DNA of 64,000 nucleotides from Methanobacteriota archaeon (GTDB taxonomy: Archaea > Methanobacteriota > Methanobacteria > Methanobacteriales > Methanobacteriaceae). The notes under the pieces are model-generated. The model was not told the origin of the DNA and ran no database searches. It saw only the letters and a program-made list of their open reading frames with translations. Position numbers and translations under genes: made by a program. Where the stretch lies: the NCBI GenBank assembly GCA_963787255.1, contig CAWBCJ010000029.1, forward strand, positions 1 to 64,000, given 5' to 3'. This document shows positions 61,943 through 64,000 of the stretch, piece by piece; within the stretch, counting starts at the first letter, position 1, and each line of letters begins with the position of its first letter.

Positions 61943-63156
61943 AACGTGCTAAAAAAGCAAGGGAAAAGAAAGCTCTTTATGGAGAAGACATCGATCTGGA
62001 AAAATTTATTAGAGAAGAAGCCGGAGAACATGAAAGAGTAGATAAAGCAACTGAAGTATCTAAGAAAGTTCAGGATACATTACTTAAAGTAGGAGTAGAT
62101 CCAACCGAAAAAGAACGATCAGGTACCTTTATTCAGGTAGATCAAAGTGGAGTCTGTACCACCTGTCCTTCTGAAAATGTTGAAATAATGGGAATGAATG
62201 TTGCAGTTGAGAAGTACGGATGGCTTAAAGATTACATGTGGAAAGCCGTAGCCCCTGATGCTGACAAATACACAGCCCAAACTGCCCTTAGAGAAGCTGA
62301 AGAAGGAAGCAGCGGTTATTTCATAAGATCTCCGCCCGGTGCCAAAGAATTGTTCCCATTGCAGGCGTGCATGTTCATTGGGGACCAAAATGTTATGCAA
62401 AATGTCCATAACGTTATCATTGCAGAAGAAAACTCTGAGCTGCACATAATTACGGGCTGTGCTACAGGTGAGGATGTAAGTTCAGCGCTTCATGTTGGAG
62501 TATCTGAGTTTTACCTTAAAAAAGGAGCTAAAATAACATTTACAATGGTTCACAATTGGGCAGAACAAGTAGATGTACGTCCAAGAACTGGTATTATGAC
62601 CGGAGACGATTCAACATATATAAGCAATTATATTCTTACAAGCCCTGTTAAAAGTATTCAGTCTTATCCTACTGCATATTGTTCAGGTAAAAACTCAAAA
62701 GTGTTGTTCCAATCCATTCTCGGAGGCCAAAAGGATTCTGTACTGGACATAGGTTCTCGTGTAATTTTAGAAGGTACCGGTTCCAGCTGTGAAATGATTT
62801 CAAGGGCAGTTGCTAAAGATCAATCTCAGCTTTATGCTCGTGGGCATTTAGCCGGTAGAACACAAAATGTCAAAGGGCATTTAGAATGTCACGGATTGGT
62901 TTTATCTGACGATTCTATGATCTATGCTGTTCCAGAGCTTGAAGGTAGCGCTACTGAGCTTGAAATGTCTCACGAGGCGGCTGTAGGTAAAATTGCCGAA
63001 GAAGAAGTGCTTTATCTGATGTCAAGAGGCCTTACAGAAGAAGAAGCCGCTTCCATGATTGTTAGAGGATTTTTAAGCATGGACATCACTGGTTTGCCTC
63101 AAGAACTCGCTGAAGAGACTAAAAGAATGTTGGATATGAGTTTAAAAGGTATGTAA
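61924..63156 (+). CDS. sufB: Fe-S assembly scaffold SufB/SmsB
   Basis: PLQAC, ITGC, GHLECHGL, PELE, SHEAAVGKI and YLMSRGL. Confidence 0.93.
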   Translation: MLQSTLERAKKAREKKALYGEDIDLEKFIREEAGEHERVDKATEVSKKVQDTLLKVGVDPTEKERSGTFIQVDQSGVCTTCPSENVEIMGMNVAVEKYGWLKDYMWKAVAPDADKYTAQTALREAEEGSSGYFIRSPPGAKELFPLQACMFIGDQNVMQNVHNVIIAEENSELHIITGCATGEDVSSALHVGVSEFYLKKGAKITFTMVHNWAEQVDVRPRTGIMTGDDSTYISNYILTSPVKSIQSYPTAYCSGKNSKVLFQSILGGQKDSVLDIGSRVILEGTGSSCEMISRAVAKDQSQLYARGHLAGRTQNVKGHLECHGLVLSDDSMIYAVPELEGSATELEMSHEAAVGKIAEEEVLYLMSRGLTEEEAASMIVRGFLSMDITGLPQELAEETKRMLDMSLKGM

Positions 63157-63283
63157 TCATTGAATATCACTTTCAATGATTTAATTTATTTTATTTAAAT
63201 TTTAAAATTTCTCATTTTTTTCTTAATTTTTTTCCAAAAAATATTAATTCATTTAGATACATAAAATTAAAAGAGGTAATATC

Positions 63284-63781
63284 ATGTATTTAAATGGTGA
63301 AGCACGTTTTGGAGAAAGTAAAGAAGTAGCACATTTGGATATTTTAATAGGAGATAAAGAAGGTCCTGTCGGCCAGGCTTTTGCTAATGCTCTTGCACAT
63401 CAGACCGAAAAGCACAACCCTCTTTTTGCAATTATCGCGCCTAATCTTGTGGCCAAGCCCCTAACTTTAATTGTTCCCAAGGTTTCTATTAGGGGAATGA
63501 GTGATATTGTAAAGATTTATGGGCCTGCACAAAAAGCGCTGGCAACTGCTGTTGTAGATTGCGTTTATAATGAAACAATTCCTGAAAATAAGGCTGAAAA
63601 TATCTGTATAATTTGCGGTGTTTTTATTCATCCAGATGCTAAAGATAACGATAAAATATATAAAAATAATTATGAAGCTGCAAAATTAGCTATTAAAAGA
63701 GCATTTGCCCAGGAACCTTCAATAGAAGAAATTTTAAATGAAAAAGATTCCGTAGAGCATCCTTTCTACAAAGGCCCATAA
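63284..63781 (+). CDS. fae: Formaldehyde-activating enzyme (stand-alone)
   Basis: GEA..G...EVAHLD.LIG.K.GPVG.AFANAL, GPAQ.A, VFIHP and NYEA.KLAI.RA. Confidence 0.9.
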   Translation: MYLNGEARFGESKEVAHLDILIGDKEGPVGQAFANALAHQTEKHNPLFAIIAPNLVAKPLTLIVPKVSIRGMSDIVKIYGPAQKALATAVVDCVYNETIPENKAENICIICGVFIHPDAKDNDKIYKNNYEAAKLAIKRAFAQEPSIEEILNEKDSVEHPFYKGP

Positions 63782-63813
63782 TATTAATCTTTTAAATTTA
63801 AAAACAATATTAT

Positions 63814-63833
63814 TGATCCTTTAAATAGGATCA
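63814..63833. terminator. Hairpin between convergent fae and PRC-barrel genes
   Basis: TGATCCT-TTAAAT-AGGATCA. Confidence 0.45.
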
Positions 63834-63857
63834 GTTAAATGTACGAAAAAAGCTAAA

Positions 63858-64000
63858 TCAGGATTCTGATATTATTATAAATTCACCTACTTTTTCTACC
63901 TTTCCAAATGGAACCAGTAGATGATCTCCTTTTTTCTTTGCGCCTTTAACATTTACGTTTCTACCTTTTTCGACTTTTATAACGACATCAGTGATTTTTC
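63858..64000 (-). CDS. PRC-barrel domain protein, C-terminal part (runs off the window)
   Basis: KITDVVIKVEKGRNVNVKGAKKKGDHLLVPFGKVEKVGEFIIISES*. Confidence 0.7.
   Translation of the reverse strand, partial: KITDVVIKVEKGRNVNVKGAKKKGDHLLVPFGKVEKVGEFIIISES

Overview
AT-rich archaeal chromosome segment from a hydrogenotrophic methanogen, most likely Methanobacteriaceae (Methanobacterium-like). This is inferred from mvhDGAB, the methanogen-type SerRS, mfnA, fae, trm56, pcc1 and GGTGA/GGAGG ribosome-binding sites. Bases 1-18.7 kb are accessory-like. They hold an HTH regulator, an FHA protein beside a PPP phosphatase, a PRC-barrel operon, an ABC-2 exporter, an MBL/rhodanese protein, a collapsed fumC relic, and a PadR-led operon (two GyrI-like proteins, DUF3795, two membrane proteins, a prenyltransferase-fold protein, AlkD). 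Bases 20-30.2 kb carry nifH-I1-I2-D-K-E-N-X with an NrpR-type operator, followed by a ferredoxin and a molybdopterin oxidoreductase. The rest is mostly housekeeping, with a few insertions: a secreted Cys/His-rich protein with an elaborate 5' leader, and a lipoprotein plus phospholipase D. Many genes before about 29 kb, especially nif, have small frameshifts that look like assembly errors, so reconstructed coordinates there are approximate. No tRNA, rRNA, CRISPR array or intact mobile element was seen. Family calls come from motif recognition, not database searches.
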